DNA from: Phycisphaeraceae bacterium
GTDB taxonomy: Bacteria > Planctomycetota > Phycisphaerae > Phycisphaerales > Phycisphaeraceae
Assembly (NCBI GenBank): GCA_963674705.1
Contig: OY771506.1
Coordinates: 5,408,001-5,472,000, forward strand
Reading direction: 5' to 3'
Length of the DNA: 64,000 nucleotides
The notes beneath the pieces are model-generated. The model had not been told where the DNA came from. It saw only the letters and a list, made by a program, of their open reading frames with translations, and did not search any database. A program made the translations under genes and the position numbers. Shown here one piece after another: positions 17,855 through 29,460 of this stretch. Position 1 is the stretch's first letter; each line of letters opens with the position of its first letter.

Positions 17855-19483
17855 TTACTCGGTCGTACCGCCTACGCGATCGAACCGATACAGCCACACA
17901 CGCTCATCGCCTTCTTTGAGTGAGTATTCCTCGATAACAGGCTCGCCGAGTCGCGACTTCACCTGCTCAAGGTAACTATCCGCCAACTCCTTCGGGAACG
18001 GATTATTCTCCGGCGCATCGTCGTAGTAAACGAACAACCATGTAGCAGAATCAACACCGGGTTCGGGTACCCGATCCGGCGCGGGGCCCCACATCATCGA
18101 CACATCCTTCGGCCCGTACTGGAGCATGTCATATCGCCACCTCGCCAGGCTCCCGCCTAACGGCAGTAAATCCGGCACGTACTCGCTGCCCCCCAGCGAA
18201 CCGAACACCACCCACTTATCTCCCGACTCTGCTCTCGCTGTCCAATCCTGGACCAATTGGCGAGCAACCTCGTCAGATTCTTTCTTGTATGGCTCTAAGA
18301 TGTCCTTGACCATGCCGTAGCCAATGAAGCACAGCATCACCACGCAGGCGATCTGCATGCCAGACACGACACCGCGTTTCTTCCAGCCATGATTCAAAAA
18401 CGCGACCAGACCCGCACCTGCGATCAGGCACGCAGCCGGTGCGATGTGCTGCTCGACCCGGGCGCTGTCGCCGTATGGATACTTCTTCAACGCCGCCGCG
18501 ATAAACATCAACGGGATGGGGCTCAGTAATAACGCCAAAACCAATCGTTGACGCGTCCGCCAAAGCGCGATCATGCCGAAGATAATCAGTACAAATGTCG
18601 CGGTGCTCCCGCCGTGATTCCCTCCGACCGGGTAAGCCAGCATGTTCCCGGTATGCGCCCGGAAAAACCAGCCGATGAATCCCGTCAATGAATCCATCGG
18701 CGGAAACGCGCTGGCCCAGCCCTTCAGTTCGTGAATCCCCTCGTGATGAACCTCCTGCCCCACCGCCACAAGCTTCCACATCAAAAAGAAACTCACAGCC
18801 ATCACCGCCCCACCCGCAACCCACAGCGCATACCAACTTGCTTTGACGCGATGATGATACAAGCAATAACCCATCACAAACATCGATCCACCGATGATGA
18901 ATACGATCGGATATGAGAACCAGACCGCCGCCGTTCCGCACAGAAAAAACACAATCCATCGCACGACCGACTTAGGTGACTGGCAGATCGCCCACGCCTG
19001 CCAGATCATCGCTAACGCGATCAGCAGGTCCAGGCTGTAGCTCTTGACCTCGACGCTGTGACGGACCGGATAGTAGGAAGCCGCGAAAATGATGACCGCT
19101 GCCATCGCCTGCCGACGGTGGATCATCTTCGGCGCAAGACGCCAGAACACCAGCACCGCCACCATCCCCGCCAGCACCGGCAGAAGCCGTAGCGCCATCT
19201 CCCCCGTGCCCAGCATCCTCGATACCAGCCACTGCAGCCAGAGAAAGCCGACCGGCACAATCTGTGGATGGTCCAGCGCCCCCCCCAGTTCGCCAAACGA
19301 CCGGGTGATGAAGTTCACCGCAATAAATGCCTCATCCCCCCACATCGGGAAACAAAGCCCGTAACGGACCAGACGCCAGATCAGCGACGCCGCCACTACC
19401 ACGATGACCCAACGGTGTGGGGGCCATCGCAGGACCGGTCGGCTGGGGGCTGTGCCGCGACTTCGCCGCTCAGGCTTGCTCAT
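17855..19483 (-). CDS. GT-C / glycosyltransferase family 39 (ArnT/PMT-like) membrane protein
   Basis: WGDEAF, PQIVPVGFLWL, EMALRLLP and SVEVKSYS motifs with multiple TMs. Start uncertain (19483 vs 19558). Confidence 0.75.
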   Translation of the reverse strand: MSKPERRSRGTAPSRPVLRWPPHRWVIVVVAASLIWRLVRYGLCFPMWGDEAFIAVNFITRSFGELGGALDHPQIVPVGFLWLQWLVSRMLGTGEMALRLLPVLAGMVAVLVFWRLAPKMIHRRQAMAAVIIFAASYYPVRHSVEVKSYSLDLLIALAMIWQAWAICQSPKSVVRWIVFFLCGTAAVWFSYPIVFIIGGSMFVMGYCLYHHRVKASWYALWVAGGAVMAVSFFLMWKLVAVGQEVHHEGIHELKGWASAFPPMDSLTGFIGWFFRAHTGNMLAYPVGGNHGGSTATFVLIIFGMIALWRTRQRLVLALLLSPIPLMFIAAALKKYPYGDSARVEQHIAPAACLIAGAGLVAFLNHGWKKRGVVSGMQIACVVMLCFIGYGMVKDILEPYKKESDEVARQLVQDWTARAESGDKWVVFGSLGGSEYVPDLLPLGGSLARWRYDMLQYGPKDVSMMWGPAPDRVPEPGVDSATWLFVYYDDAPENNPFPKELADSYLEQVKSRLGEPVIEEYSLKEGDERVWLYRFDRVGGTTE

Positions 19484-19632
19484 GAATCGGGTCTCGGGCT
19501 GGGTGTCTGCCAAGGATGAAACGTTAGTGTAGCCGCCAAGGAAACTTGCGACCAGCACCTACCATCCGCCGCCTATTCGCTGTACCATGATCCAATCAAC
19601 TCAGGTGTCCTTTTTTCTTTCGGAGACCAAAT

Positions 19633-20748
19633 ATGTCTAACGGTCATTTTCAGATTGAACAACTGCTCGCTCAAATGAAGCCCCTCAAAGCGTCTGACCT
19701 GCACATCAAGGTCGGCATCCCCCCGACCTACCGGATCAACGGCCACCTGCGCGCCGTAGCCGGGGAACCGATCAGCGAAGAAGAGGCCGATCACATGCTC
19801 GACCCCCTGCTCAACGAACAGCAGCAGGAACGCTTCGAGAACGGGGGCAACCTGGACTTCGCCTGGCACCTGCCGGACGGGGACCGCTTCCGAATCAACG
19901 TCTTCCGCTCCGGGGCCCACCGCCACGTCGCCGTCCGCCGCGTCCAGGCGGAAATCCCCACCTATGACGAACTGCACCTGCCACCGGTCTACAGCGATCT
20001 GGTCAAGAAAGCCCATGTCGGGCTCGTGCTGGTCGTTGGCGTCACCGGCAGCGGCAAGTCATCCACACTCGCCGCCATGATCGACGAGGTCAACACCACA
20101 CGCAGTGTCAACATCATCACGATCGAAGACCCCGTCGAATACCGCTTCGTACCGAAGAAGGCGATTATCTCGCAACGCGAAATCGGCATCGACGTCGAGG
20201 GCTTCGGCCCTGCACTCAAGTTCGTCGTGCGCCAGGACCCGGACGTGATCTTCATCGGCGAAATGCGCGACCACGACACCATCATCGCCGCCATCCAGGC
20301 CGCCGAGACAGGCCACCTCGTCTTCGCCACGCTCCACAGCGCCGACACCATGCAGGCGTTCGGCCGCATCCTCGAGTTCTTCCCCCAACACGAACGCGAC
20401 TTCATCCGCGGTTCACTGAGCAACTCGCTATTGGCGATCTGCGCCCAACGCCTGATCCCCGCGCTCGAAGACTTCGCCGCCGGCGTCGTCCCCTCCACTG
20501 AGGTGCTGCTGAACACCAACCTCGTCAAGGAAAAAATCCGCGAAGGCGAAGAAGAGGACCTACCCGCAATCATCGCCTCCAACCCCAACTCAGGCATGCA
20601 CAACTTCAACCAGTCGCTGTGCCAGATGGTCAACGACAACTGGATCGACCGCCGCATCGCCCTGAACTACGCCCCCAACCGCGAACAACTCGACTCCCTG
20701 CTCAAGGGCATCGACATCAAGTCCAGCGGCCTGGTCGGCAGATCGTAA
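19633..20748 (+). CDS. pilT: PilT/PilU-family type IV pilus ATPase
   Basis: ASDLHI, Walker A GVTGSGKS, IITIEDPVEY, RQDPDVIFIGEMRD and ETGHLVFATLH. Confidence 0.9.
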   Translation: MSNGHFQIEQLLAQMKPLKASDLHIKVGIPPTYRINGHLRAVAGEPISEEEADHMLDPLLNEQQQERFENGGNLDFAWHLPDGDRFRINVFRSGAHRHVAVRRVQAEIPTYDELHLPPVYSDLVKKAHVGLVLVVGVTGSGKSSTLAAMIDEVNTTRSVNIITIEDPVEYRFVPKKAIISQREIGIDVEGFGPALKFVVRQDPDVIFIGEMRDHDTIIAAIQAAETGHLVFATLHSADTMQAFGRILEFFPQHERDFIRGSLSNSLLAICAQRLIPALEDFAAGVVPSTEVLLNTNLVKEKIREGEEEDLPAIIASNPNSGMHNFNQSLCQMVNDNWIDRRIALNYAPNREQLDSLLKGIDIKSSGLVGRS

Positions 20749-20785
20749 TAAGCCGCTCGCAGCTTAGCGCAACCTACAGTCATAC

Positions 20786-20818
20786 AAAGCCGCCGCGTCA
20801 CACGCGGCGGTTTCTTTA
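20786..20818. terminator. Probable bidirectional intrinsic terminator
   Basis: AAAGCCGCCGCGT-CAC-ACGCGGCGGTTT followed by CTTT, between convergent genes. Confidence 0.75.
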
Positions 20819-20861
20819 TGATTGCAATTACACCATCCCCAACAAGCCGGCTAACAGTTAA

Positions 20862-21848
20862 TTACTTCTTCTTCTTAAACTCGATCGGTTCACCCGTAAA
20901 CGGATTGATCATTGGTCCCTCAGGTTGTGGTTGCTCGGGATCTTCAACCCCCATCGCGCCCGCGTCGAGAACACTAACGACTCGCCCGCCATGCATATTC
21001 ACATTCAGGACATGCTCGTCATCCCAAATCCGATGAAACGAAAACTGCGTGTAACTCATCTCACCGTCCGGATGCTCGATGAGACTGATCCCATCACAAT
21101 TAACCCGACCGCGCATATCCTCTCCGCCAGGTGACTTCGGCAAGATGTCATAAAACCTCGGGTCACTGCCGTGGAATTCAAACCAGTCCTCAACCCGCCC
21201 GCTCTCTTCCGCTGCCAACGCATCCAGCACCTTGCCAGCAACTTCCACCTTGTACGCCAACAGGTACTCAACCGCTTTGACATCGGCATCGGTCAACGTT
21301 TTACGCAACGCAAGGCTGAACGAAATATAACCCTCCGCGCGGAGCCGCGCTGATTCCCGCTCCTCCTCCTCCTCGCGCTTCATCTGCCCTTCGAAGTCCA
21401 CATCACCATAAAGCTTCAGGCTTCTTAAGAGTTCAATCGTTTGCCTGTCATCGTCCGAAAGCATCGACAGGTCTTCCTCATCCTCTTCTTCCTCCTCCTC
21501 ATCTTCATCATCCATCGCAAGCAAATCTTCGATCGCATCACGCAGAGACTCGTACCCGAAGTAGCCGTGTCCCTCCGATTCAGGGATATCACTGGTATCC
21601 AGGTCCGGGTAGCGATCCTGAATCAATGCGATGATCTCGTCTACGTTTTTATCTTCCCAGTCACGTGAATCACAAAGGTGCCTGGTCAACACTTCGACAA
21701 TTGCCGATCGGTCCCCGCGATCGACCTGTTTCATCCTGACAGCCCATCGTTCCTCAACCTGAAGCGAGGCCACCTCGGGCAGATGCAGCAGCCCAACGAG
21801 ATCACCGTATCGACCTTCTTTTAACGTGTCTTGCCAATTCCCTGACAT
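20862..21848 (-). CDS. Acidic hypothetical protein; C-terminus resembles DUF6985-like domain
   Basis: Poly-D/E tracts; C-terminal FSFHRIWDDEHVLNVNMHGGRVV resembles the W(D/E)xEH motif. Family assignment is from memory. Confidence 0.6.
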   Translation of the reverse strand: MSGNWQDTLKEGRYGDLVGLLHLPEVASLQVEERWAVRMKQVDRGDRSAIVEVLTRHLCDSRDWEDKNVDEIIALIQDRYPDLDTSDIPESEGHGYFGYESLRDAIEDLLAMDDEDEEEEEEDEEDLSMLSDDDRQTIELLRSLKLYGDVDFEGQMKREEEEERESARLRAEGYISFSLALRKTLTDADVKAVEYLLAYKVEVAGKVLDALAAEESGRVEDWFEFHGSDPRFYDILPKSPGGEDMRGRVNCDGISLIEHPDGEMSYTQFSFHRIWDDEHVLNVNMHGGRVVSVLDAGAMGVEDPEQPQPEGPMINPFTGEPIEFKKKK

Positions 21849-21982
21849 GGGTATACCCCCTTTTGATAATGCGCTTCACAAACCACTGATTCACCGCCGT
21901 TGAAAGAGAACAAAGTCTAGAGTATCCGACAGAAGTACACCAGTGTTTACGTAAGATTTACCTTCACCTATTGATCATTCAT

Positions 21983-22018
21983 ATAAAAACACCCCCCGAC
22001 TCGCGCCGAGGGGTGTGT
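21983..22018 (-). terminator. rpsA intrinsic terminator
   Basis: Minus strand ACACCCCTCGGC-GCGA-GTCGGGGGGTGT-TTTTAT. Confidence 0.8.
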
Positions 22019-22055
22019 GTTTTTAGCAATGACTTGACCGAATCGTCTTCGATCA

Positions 22056-23840
<1,785 letters not shown>

Positions 23841-24062
23841 TATCTACCGTTCTGTTTCTTACCCCGCCGAGGCATTGCACCTGGGCGTTAGCGGGTCGCG
23901 GGACGTTTTAAGCCAGAATCGGCTCTACGCCCGCCTGGTCCTCCGCCTGCCGCCGCCCCACACGGGACGATCCACGGCTTAGCGGTGAATCGACTATTGT
24001 AACAAACCCTCCCGGTTCCGCCAGAACCCCGCAAATGCTTCATCCACAAGCACATCGGAGCA

Positions 24063-25013
24063 TCACGGCTTTTTAACAACCAGCTTCGTCACACGCCCGC
24101 CAATAATCCATTCGACTATATAGATGTTGCCCTTTGGATCGACCGCCAGACTGTGCGGGCTGTTAAAGCGTCCCGGATGTAAATCCACTGCCGCGACATT
24201 GGGCCAGCCCTCCACTTCGCGTGGCGTCGGGTTCTCGCCGAAGTAACCCACAAGCGTCCCATCCATCTCGAGAATCGTCATACGCGCAAGCAGTTCCGGG
24301 ATCACTAACCGCCCATCGTGAAACGCCACCACGTCCGGGCTGTTGAGCACATCCTTACCGAACGCGCGTTTGAACTTGCCTTCACTGTCATACACCTGGA
24401 CCTGGCAATTCCCACGATCCGCGACGAAAAGTTCATTGCCATCATCGGTAAACCGGAAGCTGATGCCGTGCGGGCAGTTGAACTTGCCGGCTTCGCCCTC
24501 TTCGCCGTCGATCGATGCGATGTAGTTGCCTTGCTCATCGTATCGGTGCACGAAGGATGAACCATACCCGTCTGCGAGCCAGATGTCGCCGTTGCCGCCG
24601 AAGCGTTTTTCGTTGACCGCCACCCACGTCGGGCTGTAGATCGCGCCGCCTTTGTATGCATCATGCGCAACCTGCTTGATCTCAAGCAACTCTTCACCAT
24701 CGAGCGTGGTCTTGACGACCTTCCCGTTTTCCGAATCGACCAGCCAGAGCAGTTCCTGTCCGTCTTCCTCGACCAGAGTCAGACCATGCGCCCCCGGGAA
24801 ACCTGAGCCCCACACGTTTTTCAGTTTCCCCTCAGCGTCATACCGCAACACCGCCGGCTCAGCCTGATGGAAAATGAAGATGTCCCCGGTCCTGGATACC
24901 GCTACGCCGTGCGTCCTACCGTCCGGTTCGCCCGATGCTGTCTTTAGGTGGTTAGGAACCGTGATCCAGTTGTCGATCCACTCGTAGCACAGCCCGTTCG
25001 ATTCAAGCAGCAT
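24063..25013 (-). CDS. NHL-repeat beta-propeller protein (peptidyl-amidating lyase-like)
   Basis: THGVAV, GAHGL, IWLADGYG, FNCPHGI, FVADRGN and FNSPHSLAVD..GNIYIVEW. Confidence 0.85.
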   Translation of the reverse strand: MLLESNGLCYEWIDNWITVPNHLKTASGEPDGRTHGVAVSRTGDIFIFHQAEPAVLRYDAEGKLKNVWGSGFPGAHGLTLVEEDGQELLWLVDSENGKVVKTTLDGEELLEIKQVAHDAYKGGAIYSPTWVAVNEKRFGGNGDIWLADGYGSSFVHRYDEQGNYIASIDGEEGEAGKFNCPHGISFRFTDDGNELFVADRGNCQVQVYDSEGKFKRAFGKDVLNSPDVVAFHDGRLVIPELLARMTILEMDGTLVGYFGENPTPREVEGWPNVAAVDLHPGRFNSPHSLAVDPKGNIYIVEWIIGGRVTKLVVKKP

Positions 25014-25074
25014 GGTTCCGCCCTTCGTTGCCTGGTGTCGTGTTGAATTGGTTACTTAGTAAGTTGTATACAGC

Positions 25075-25851
25075 TTAGGCCGGCTGCGGCGCGTGTTGCT
25101 TCACGTGCTCGACCGCGTTCTGGAAGAAGCGCAGCCCCGCTGTCGTCGTCGTCAGCCAGTCTTCACCCTGCCTTGTCCACGTCGGGTGGTTCGTCGGATC
25201 AGTAAAGCGTTCAGGGTGCGGCATCAAACCGAGGATCGTCCCGCTCGGATCGCAGATCCCCGCGATGTCGTCCGTCGAGCCGTTCGGATTCTTGCCCGGT
25301 GCATACCGCAGCGCCACCTGGCCGTTGGCTTTGAGTTGTTCGAGCACCGAATCATCAGCACAAACAAGCCGACCCTCGCCGTGCGCGATCGGCAGGTCGA
25401 ACGCATCCAGCCCCTTCGTCCAGATACACTTCGACCCCGCATCCGCGACCATCGGCACCCACTTGTCGATAAACCGCCCGCAGGTGTTGTCCGCAAGCGT
25501 TACCGTCTGCTTCCCATCGCCCGGATCAGGCAGCAAGCCCATCTTGACCATCACCTGGAACCCGTTGCAAATCCCGATCATCGGCACACCCCGCCCCGCC
25601 GCGTCCTTCAAAGCCCCCCAGAGCCGATGCCTTAGCCGGTTCGCAAGAATCCGCCCCGCCGCGATGTCATCCCCGTAGCTGAACCCGCCCGGGAATCCGA
25701 TCAGGTCAAACCCCCCAATCCGGTCAGGCTCATCGATCAGCTCGTTCAGATGCAACGTCGCCGTCTCACAGCCGGCCAGCGTAAACGCATGCGCCAACTC
25801 AACATCACAATTCGTCCCAGCAGTCCGGATGATCAGTGCGGTAGGTGTCAT
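25075..25851 (-). CDS. purQ: Phosphoribosylformylglycinamidine synthase subunit PurQ
   Basis: GTNCD, PGGFSYGD, GICNGFQ, PIAHGEG, NPNGS and GLMPHPER. ATG 25851 chosen because a -10 box lies 6 nt upstream. Confidence 0.95.
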   Translation of the reverse strand: MTPTALIIRTAGTNCDVELAHAFTLAGCETATLHLNELIDEPDRIGGFDLIGFPGGFSYGDDIAAGRILANRLRHRLWGALKDAAGRGVPMIGICNGFQVMVKMGLLPDPGDGKQTVTLADNTCGRFIDKWVPMVADAGSKCIWTKGLDAFDLPIAHGEGRLVCADDSVLEQLKANGQVALRYAPGKNPNGSTDDIAGICDPSGTILGLMPHPERFTDPTNHPTWTRQGEDWLTTTTAGLRFFQNAVEHVKQHAPQPA

Positions 25852-25899
25852 AAGCACATGATAATCCGTACTCACTGATCCTGCATTGTTTCAAACTTA

Positions 25900-26070
25900 A
25901 ACCACAGAGGCACAGAGGCGCAGAGAAAACCGGGTTGGAACAGGGATGCACACAGATGAACACGGATTAGGGCAAGCAGCGGCTGACATTGATTTCAGAA
26001 ACTTATAAGCAGCAAAGATACGCTTGGTTTAACAACCGCGACTTCTCTGTGCCTCTGTGTCTCTGTAGTT
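25900..26070. repeat. Inverted pair of 9-nt-periodic arms (CACAGAGRC) enclosing one arm of a 10-nt-periodic family
   Basis: AACCACAGAGGCACAGAGGCGCAGAGAA (25900-25927) matches the reverse complement of 26043-26070 at 25/28 positions; internal CACACAGATGAACACGGAT at about 25949-25967. Confidence 0.85.
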
Positions 26071-26333
26071 CAATCTCTTTCGCCTGTCTTCCGATACGCC
26101 GCCCGCTGCTTCGCGTATTCCTCCGGACTCACCGGCAGGTCCGGGGCTTCCACGCCGTCCATACATTGCTGGTGCAGCTTCTCAATAAACGGCACACACC
26201 ACCGGCAACCCGTCCCCGCGGACAGGCATTCACTGATCAGACTCGCCACCGCAGGCTTCTCGCGCTTGCAGTAGTTCACGATCTTCCGCTTGGACACGTG
26301 GAAACAGAGACAGACGTTATCGTCATCGTGCAT
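26070..26333 (-). CDS. BFD-like [2Fe-2S]-binding protein
   Basis: VCLCFHVS...AGTGCRWC (CxC...CxxC). ATG 26333 follows TATAAT-N6. Confidence 0.85.
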   Translation of the reverse strand: MHDDDNVCLCFHVSKRKIVNYCKREKPAVASLISECLSAGTGCRWCVPFIEKLHQQCMDGVEAPDLPVSPEEYAKQRAAYRKTGERD

Positions 26334-26348
26334 GGATGCATTATACCC

Positions 26349-26504
26349 TGTATAGCCGCGACCATTGGTCGCGCTCTTATATCCCGGCCGGTGAACCATG
26401 AATGTGGAATGACTCGGTTGTCGTTCATTGAATCATAATCCGGCGCGACCACTGGTCGCGGCTATACATTGAATGCAGGCGCGGCCACTGGCCGCGGCTA
26501 TACA
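26349..26504. repeat. REP family 1: REPIN plus an extra REP, left of RAYT1
   Basis: TGTATAGCCGCGACCATTGGTCGCGC at 26349-26374 (+); inverted copies at 26443-26468 and 26479-26504. Confidence 0.95.
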
Positions 26505-27034
26505 GGATCGATCCATGGATACGGATCATCCGGGCGGCCCGCACGACGGTTGTGGCAACGGACGTAATCAGCGGTATTGATCCATTGATCTTTATCGAAG
26601 ATGTAGGTCAACCATTTGCCCTTGCACCAGAGCGGCCCTTTGTGTGTGGTTGTTTGATGGACTGCTTTGGTCGTCTGATCCGCGATCCATTTGGCTGTGT
26701 TGTCGATGTCTTTGCCGGTGTATGGCAGGAGCAGGTGCATGTGTGTGGATTCGATTGCAGCCGCGCTGATGCGCAAGCCACTGTGGGATTGTTCAATCAT
26801 CTTCTCAAGGGTATCTACAATGGCTTCGATCATGTCTTCGGTGAAGTGCACGGGCGGATGCTTCATGCGTTCCTCGGCCATACGCTCCCGCACCGGGTCG
26901 CCGGGGTGAAGCATATGCGGCCGGTGATACCCGATCTGCTCATCCCACGTATCCGACCAGTGCCCACGCTCATCACCCGGCAACCACAATCCATACCCGG
27001 ATTTGACCAGGTGGTAGCCGATCGTGTTTGACAT
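26498..27034 (-). mobile_element. REP-associated tyrosine transposase (RAYT/TnpA-REP, HUH Y1) no. 1
   Basis: N-terminal GYHLV..GYGLWLPGD, HUH motif THMHLLL, LWCKG and YVRCHN catalytic Tyr; flanked by REPs. Start MSNTIG at 27034. Confidence 0.85.
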
Positions 27035-27044
27035 GGCATCCCCC

Positions 27045-27163
27045 TGTATAGCCGCGGCCAGGGCCGCGCCGGATTTTGAACCAATATACAACGACGGTGT
27101 GATTGTATATCAACATAACAATGGTCGTATTTAAAGAGCGCGACCAATGGTCGCGGCTATACA
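27045..27163. repeat. REP family 1 REPIN, right of RAYT1
   Basis: TGTATAGCCGCGGCCAGGGCCGCGC at 27045-27069 and an inverted copy at 27138-27163. Confidence 0.95.
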
Positions 27164-27202
27164 TGATGCCCAACGGCTCCCCATCACATACAATACCCCC
27201 AC

Positions 27203-27817
27203 ATGACCAAGGTCCGATCCAACTCGGCGTTTGAACGGCTTACCGAACGGCTCTCCAGGCTGCCCGGGATCGGCAGGCGATCGGCGCAGCGCATCGCGTT
27301 CTATCTGTTGAAAACCCCGGCCGAGGAAGCCGAACTGCTCGCTGAGGCGATCCGGGCGTTTAAACGAGATTTAAAAGTCTGTAGTACCTGTGGCCACGTC
27401 ACCGAGTCCGACCCCTGCCCGATTTGCGGCGATCCGGACCGTGATGCGTCGCAGGTGCTTGTCGTTGAGCAACCTACTGACGTGTCGAGCCTGGAGCAGA
27501 CGGGCGTGTATCGCGGGGTGTATCACGTACTGATGGGCAGGCTCGCGCCACTGGAAGGTGTCGGGCCGGGTGAACTGAACATAGATCGTCTGCTCGCCCG
27601 TGTGGCGGACGGCAAGGTCCGAGAAGTCATCCTCGGGACCAACCCCACGCTCGAAGGCGACGGCACCGCGCTATACTTAGCGGAACAGTTAGAAGCCCGT
27701 GGCGTGAAGTTAACCCGCCTGGCAAGAGGCATCCCGACGGGCACACAGCTTGCCGGGGCGTCAAAGGCGGTACTATCAGACGCGATCCAAAGCCGACACG
27801 CCATGGGCAATGGATAA
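27203..27817 (+). CDS. recR: Recombination mediator RecR
   Basis: LPGIGRRSAQR, C4 zinc finger, YHVLMGRL, EVILGTNPTLEGDGTA and RLARGIP. Confidence 0.97.
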   Translation: MTKVRSNSAFERLTERLSRLPGIGRRSAQRIAFYLLKTPAEEAELLAEAIRAFKRDLKVCSTCGHVTESDPCPICGDPDRDASQVLVVEQPTDVSSLEQTGVYRGVYHVLMGRLAPLEGVGPGELNIDRLLARVADGKVREVILGTNPTLEGDGTALYLAEQLEARGVKLTRLARGIPTGTQLAGASKAVLSDAIQSRHAMGNG

Positions 27818-27846
27818 CCATGGTTGAGTAACCGATTTAGTGTATA

Positions 27847-27927
27847 AGCTGATAGCCGTTAGCTGTTAGCCATTAGCCGTTAGCACATAAGTGCCGACCA
27901 GACCCGAAACCCCAGACCCGAGACCCT
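27847..27927 (+). repeat. Bipartite heptamer array (AGCYRWT x5 + ARACCCN x4)
   Basis: AGCTGAT AGCCGTT AGCTGTT AGCCATT AGCCGTT, then AGACCCG AAACCCC AGACCCG AGACCCT ending 8 nt before the rpoN ATG. Confidence 0.9.
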
Positions 27928-27935
27928 GCAACATA

Positions 27936-29453
27936 ATGAGAATCGACACCGGCCAACACATGCGGATCGACCAGCGGATGAAGCTGGCGCCGCGCATGAT
28001 TCAGTCGATGGAGATCCTCCAGATGGCGCAGGCGGCGCTGGAGGCCCGGATCGATCAGGAACTGGCGAGCAACCCGACGCTGGAGGTCCGCGAGCCGGGC
28101 ACCGATGTCGAGGATTACGAAGCCGAACGCAACCAGACCGATCGCGACAACCGCGAGGGCGAACGCGAGCTGGTCGTACGTGACGGCGACACCGGCAACA
28201 AGGACGACTTCGAGCGTCTGTCCAACATCTCCGAAGAACTCGGCTCATCCTGGGAAGCCAACACCAGCGAAACCGGCGGCAGCTACCACAGCACGCAATA
28301 CGCGGACGGCGAACGCGACCGCAAGATGGACGCGATGGCAAACACCGCTGCACGCACCGCGTCGCTCTACGATCAACTCATGGAGCAATGGCACCTCGCT
28401 GAAACCACACCCGAGCAGTCCAAGGCCGGTGAATACCTCATCGGGTTCATCGATTCCGACGGCTACCTCCGCACGGATATGGAGACCCTGCTCGATCAGG
28501 CGCCGGCGGGCATCACGCAGGAGCAGCTCGAAGAAACGATCGAACTGTTGCAGCAAACGCTAGAGCCGCCGGGCCTCGCTGCTCGCGATATCCGTGAATG
28601 CCTGCTCATCCAGATCGATGCCAAGCTGCGCAACGATCCCGATGTCGACCTGACCAACGAGCGCATCCTCGTCGCGGAACATCTGAAAGATATCGAAGCC
28701 AACCGCCTGCCGAAGATCGCCAAAGCGACCGACCTGGAAATCGTGGATGTCAAACGCGCGATCCACAACCTCCGCCAGTTCCACCCGCACCCCGGCAAAC
28801 TCCTGGCTGACGACAGCCCGCGGATGATCTTCCCCGACGCGGTCATCGAATACGACGAAGACAACGACACCTACGTCGCCTCGTTGACCCAGGGCAGAAT
28901 CCCCGCGCTGCACATCCGCCCCGAATACCTGCAGGATTCTCGTGACAAGAGCGTCGATAAGAAGACCCGCGACTTCCTGAACAACCACATCCGCTCGGCG
29001 ACATGGATCATCGACGCGATCCAGCAACGCAAAGCAACACTGTTGCGCGTGATCGGCGTCGTCGTGCAGGCGCAGCGCGACTTCTTCGAGCAAGGCACGC
29101 AGGCGCTCAAGCCGCTGCCCATGACGCTGGTCGCCGATCAGTTAGGCATCCACGTCGCAACCGTCAGCCGGGCGGTAAACGAAAAATACATCCAGACGCC
29201 GCGCGGTATCTACCCGCTTCGCATGTTCTTCTCAGGCGGCACCGAAACCGAAGACGGCGACGCGATGAGCTGGTCGGCCGTGCAAGCCAAACTCGAACAG
29301 ATCATCAAGGACGAGGACAAATCCGCGCCGCTGTCCGATGATGCGCTGGTCGAAAAGCTCAAAGAGCACGGCATCGAAATCGCCCGCCGCACTGTCGCCA
29401 AGTACCGCAAGCAACTCAACATCCCCCCCGCCCGCCAGCGCAAGGAATATTGA
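27936..29453 (+). CDS. rpoN: RNA polymerase sigma-54 factor
   Basis: MIQSMEILQ, LKPLPMTLVADQLGIHVATVSR and the RpoN box ARRTVAKYR. ATG 27936 preferred. Confidence 0.97.
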   Translation: MRIDTGQHMRIDQRMKLAPRMIQSMEILQMAQAALEARIDQELASNPTLEVREPGTDVEDYEAERNQTDRDNREGERELVVRDGDTGNKDDFERLSNISEELGSSWEANTSETGGSYHSTQYADGERDRKMDAMANTAARTASLYDQLMEQWHLAETTPEQSKAGEYLIGFIDSDGYLRTDMETLLDQAPAGITQEQLEETIELLQQTLEPPGLAARDIRECLLIQIDAKLRNDPDVDLTNERILVAEHLKDIEANRLPKIAKATDLEIVDVKRAIHNLRQFHPHPGKLLADDSPRMIFPDAVIEYDEDNDTYVASLTQGRIPALHIRPEYLQDSRDKSVDKKTRDFLNNHIRSATWIIDAIQQRKATLLRVIGVVVQAQRDFFEQGTQALKPLPMTLVADQLGIHVATVSRAVNEKYIQTPRGIYPLRMFFSGGTETEDGDAMSWSAVQAKLEQIIKDEDKSAPLSDDALVEKLKEHGIEIARRTVAKYRKQLNIPPARQRKEY

Positions 29454-29460
29454 TTCCCCC

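Noticed and set aside
26349..27163. REP/spacer pattern as a possible CRISPR array
   Set aside because: Repeats alternate in orientation, spacing is irregular, there are no cas genes, and a RAYT explains them.
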